Below the pieces are notes generated by a model. The model made no database searches and was not told the origin of the DNA. It saw only the letters and a program-made list of their open reading frames with translations. A stretch of 64,000 nucleotides of DNA from Dictyostelium discoideum (lineage: Eukaryota). This document shows positions 61,018-64,000 of the stretch, piece by piece (position 1 is the first letter of the stretch; each line of letters opens with the position of its first letter). The position numbers and the translations under genes are program-made. The stretch lies in the NCBI GenBank assembly GCA_000004695.1, contig CM000153.2, forward strand, positions 2,912,001 to 2,976,000, in the 5' to 3' direction.

Positions 61018-63319
61018 TTATTTACTTGATAAAACTTTTGGACCAAGTGAAAGATGAATTAAAGCATCTTGAATGTATTGAGTCATTGCAATTGTTAAAA
61101 GACAAGCATTTGGAATTGTTAAAGGTGAATCAATTAAAGTTAAGGATGGTTGATGTCTACCTTCAATAATGATTGGAGTGAGAAGATTATCTTTGAATTG
61201 ATAATCAGGATAAAGTGTAGTTGGATGAGATCTTTTAGTAGTGGAAGTTGAGGAAGATGATAAAGATGACATTGAACTTGTTGAAGATTGTAAATTATTG
61301 GTAGATTGTGAGGAAGGGACAGAACCACCACCAGTGGCACCAACTCTAGATTTAAAAGGTATATTTAAAAATGATTGTTTAGTTGGATCCCAAATGTATT
61401 TAATTTTATAACTTGTTCTTGGATGAGACCAACACCAATGTTTACCATTCCATGAAATTGAGCCCATATTCTTACTTTTAAAATAACCACATTGATAAAC
61501 CCATTTCATATCGAAACCACCATTCAATGAAAGTGACATTTTACTTGTGATTGAACTAGTTGACATGTTACTACCCTCATTTCTACCATCTTCAGATGGC
61601 GGTTTAAAGATCATTGAAGTGTTGCAATCGAAATGCCATTTTTCATTGATTGCCTCTTCAGTGACAGCTGTCACACCACCACCACCACTACCACCACCAC
61701 CTTGACCTGAACCAATTGGGTCAACTACATTTGATGGTACTTCACTTGATAGTATTGGTGAAGATAAATTACTAGCACTGGTTAAATCAAAATCACAATT
61801 AATATCAAGATTTGGAAATTCAGAATTACCATCATTAAAATTATTTGATGAAACACTAATATTGAAATCTTTTGAATTTGATACTATTTGATGATGAAGA
61901 TGCTGATGATGTGGTGATGGTGGTGGATGTAATTGTTGTTGTGATTTTGAATGATTTAAATCAATAATATTAAGATTAGTATGATCTAATGAATGAATTA
62001 AATTTGACATATTTGGCATTGAACAGGTTGTAGTGGTGGTTGTGGTGGTGGTGGTGGTTGTGGAGGTGATTGAAATGATATTGGATTGATTAATCAATGT
62101 TTTCTTTATACCACTTGTATTTATAGTTACAATACCATCAGAGCTTTGAATGAGCGATCTGTCATAGAACTGATTTAAACTAACGTCATTACAAGAGGCA
62201 ACTTTTGGAATGAATTTCTCAATGTATTCTTTAAATGTTTGTTTCTCTTCCAAGAATTTCGTATTTGGTTTATTATTATTATACTTTCTACAATGAATCA
62301 TATAGTCATTGTAACAATCGATAAAGGTGGTCATATTCTTAAGATGAACTGCAATATCTTTGAAATCCTCTCTAAAGAATCTATTATCTTGATAGGTGGT
62401 AATCTCTGAACTCGTCTTATTAATATACTCAACCCAATTTGACAATACAGTCTCTTCACAACGAATCATTGCTAAACGTGGTCCCTCTGGTCCACCAAAC
62501 CAATCAATATACTCTTTAACTTCACCTCTACAAAATTCTGAAATTTGTTCAACTTGTTTAATAAATGGATCTGCAAGATTAAATGATGCATTATAATTTT
62601 TCATTTGTTTTACCCATTCTTCTGCCATTTCTGGTGAAACTCTATCTGGTAAAATTACTATTTTTAAAAAAATATATTAGTTATAAATATATATATATAT
62701 ATATTAATAAATAATATATAAATATATATATATATTAATAAATAATATAAATATATTTGTAATACATACATGGATTTGTTAAAACTTCTCTAAACTTTTT
62801 AACTTTAGTTAAAACTACAACTGTACAACCAAGTTTATCAATATCAATTTTTTCAAGTGATCTAATTCTTGCGATGAGTAAAGTTAAGAATTGTTTCATT
62901 GAACTCTCATCTTTTGCTTTTACAATGTATGTTCTATGTTTATGAGAGATTTGAAACATTAAGGGTGCGATCTCTTTGGTGTCATCTGGATTACAATCCA
63001 TTAAATTTATATAACCTTGTGGTTCTTGTTTATCGTCTGGTTTGAGTGATGATTTACCAAGTTTATAATATAATATATAGTTTCTATGAAGTGCAAAATA
63101 ACGATCTAAAAATCCTTTACCATTTCCACCTGCTTTCTTCATTATTGATGAATATGATACATCTCCTTTAATTTTTTCATATTCAAATAATTCCTATTAT
63201 ATAAAAAAAAAAAAAATAAAAAAAAATAAATGTTAATACATAATGCATGTGTATGTATTTTTTTTTTTTATTATTTTTGTACTTACTAAAAGCTCTTTCT
63301 TTCTCTCTGTTTTCCCCAT
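61018..63319 (-). CDS. PH-domain-containing protein, about 699 aa, 3 exons; C-terminal region family unknown
   Basis: Proposed complement(join(61018..62657, 62770..63193, 63287..63319)). Exon 1 is MGKTERKKELL with a GTAAGT donor. Exon 2 encodes a PH-like domain (KGFLDRYFALHRNYILYYK...GYINL...FQISHKHRTYIVKAKDESSMKQFLTLL) and has a GTATGT donor in phase 1. Exon 3 begins LILPDRVSPEMAEEW. The plus-strand ORF 60936..61169 overlapping its 3' end is spurious. Confidence 0.6.
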
Positions 63320-64000
63320 TTTTTTAATTTTAAAAAATATATATATTTATATATATATATTTTATTTATTTACTTAAAAAAGAGTATGTGGGTGTGCGCG
63401 TCTATTTGTATTTTTTTTAAAATTGATTAATATTTATAGTTGAAGAGAAAAAAAAAAAAATACAATCAAATGTAATGCTTTAATTTACAAATAAAATATT
63501 TCTTTCTTTCTTTCTTTCTTTTTTTTTTTTTTTTTTTTGGTATATGTACAATTTTTTGTGTTATTTATTATTAATAAATAAATAAAAAAAAAAAAAAAAT
63601 TTTATAAAGTAAAAAAAAAAAAAAAACTAAATATTACCTTTTTTAAAAGTGGAAAAAAAAAATTAAAAAAAAAAAGGTTTTTAAAAAGAATGGTTGTGAT
63701 TTAACTATATTCGTAAAAATGTGTGATTTATGTAAAATAACCTAAATAGAAAACAACAAAATTTTGTTGTTTTTTTTTATTTTGATTTTTATTATTTTTT
63801 TTTTTTTTAAAAGAAAAAAAGCACCAAGATATTTTTTCGGTGATTTGGTCCGAGCAAAAAATTTTATTTTATTTTATTTTTTTATTTATTTATTAAAAAT
63901 ACAACAATATATTACAAAAATTGAGAATTGAAGATGATTCTTCTCTGTCTCTCTCTTTTTTTTTTTTTTTTTTTTTCTAAAATAATTTTTTTGGTTCGGA

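Noticed and set aside
60936-61169. Plus-strand 77-aa ORF
   Set aside because: It overlaps the 3' end of the minus-strand PH-domain gene and begins in a T-run; spurious.

Overview
This window reads as nuclear genomic DNA from a Dictyostelium-like social amoeba. It is about 78% A+T, with long (AAT)n/(CAA)n tracts that encode poly-N and poly-Q runs, and short, very AT-rich introns of the GTAAGT...AG type. It is eukaryotic, so there are no operons, CRISPR arrays or prokaryotic defense islands; every call below is an exon-intron model built by eye from the six-frame track. Several starts marked M in that track are TTG or GTG rather than ATG, and I corrected them.

About 25 protein-coding genes are present. 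The ones I recognise are:
- an AnmK/levoglucosan-kinase-family kinase
- a SWI2/SNF2 chromatin-remodeling ATPase
- VMP1
- an ABCC transporter
- a RhoGAP
- a METTL21-type methyltransferase
- GPN3
- an AlkB-like oxygenase
- an H-type lectin protein
- two LRR proteins
- a PF13350 tyrosine phosphatase
- AVL9
- a bacterial-type HGPRT
- a PH-domain protein

The most notable structure is a roughly 4.7-kb tandem segmental duplication at 15.1-24.7 kb. Each unit carries a U3 snoRNA gene with a DUSE promoter motif upstream and a T-run terminator, a small LRAT/H-rev107-like gene, and a large gene of unknown family; a third U3 copy closes the array. The three U3 copies are near-identical, whereas the coding paralogs have diverged to about 90%. 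Both LRAT-like copies appear disrupted.

The window also contains a tandemly duplicated ~207-bp GC-richer element of unknown nature with a degenerate third copy 18 kb away, a 100-N assembly gap, and many pure trinucleotide microsatellites. Nothing resembling a novel multi-gene system of the prokaryotic kind is present.
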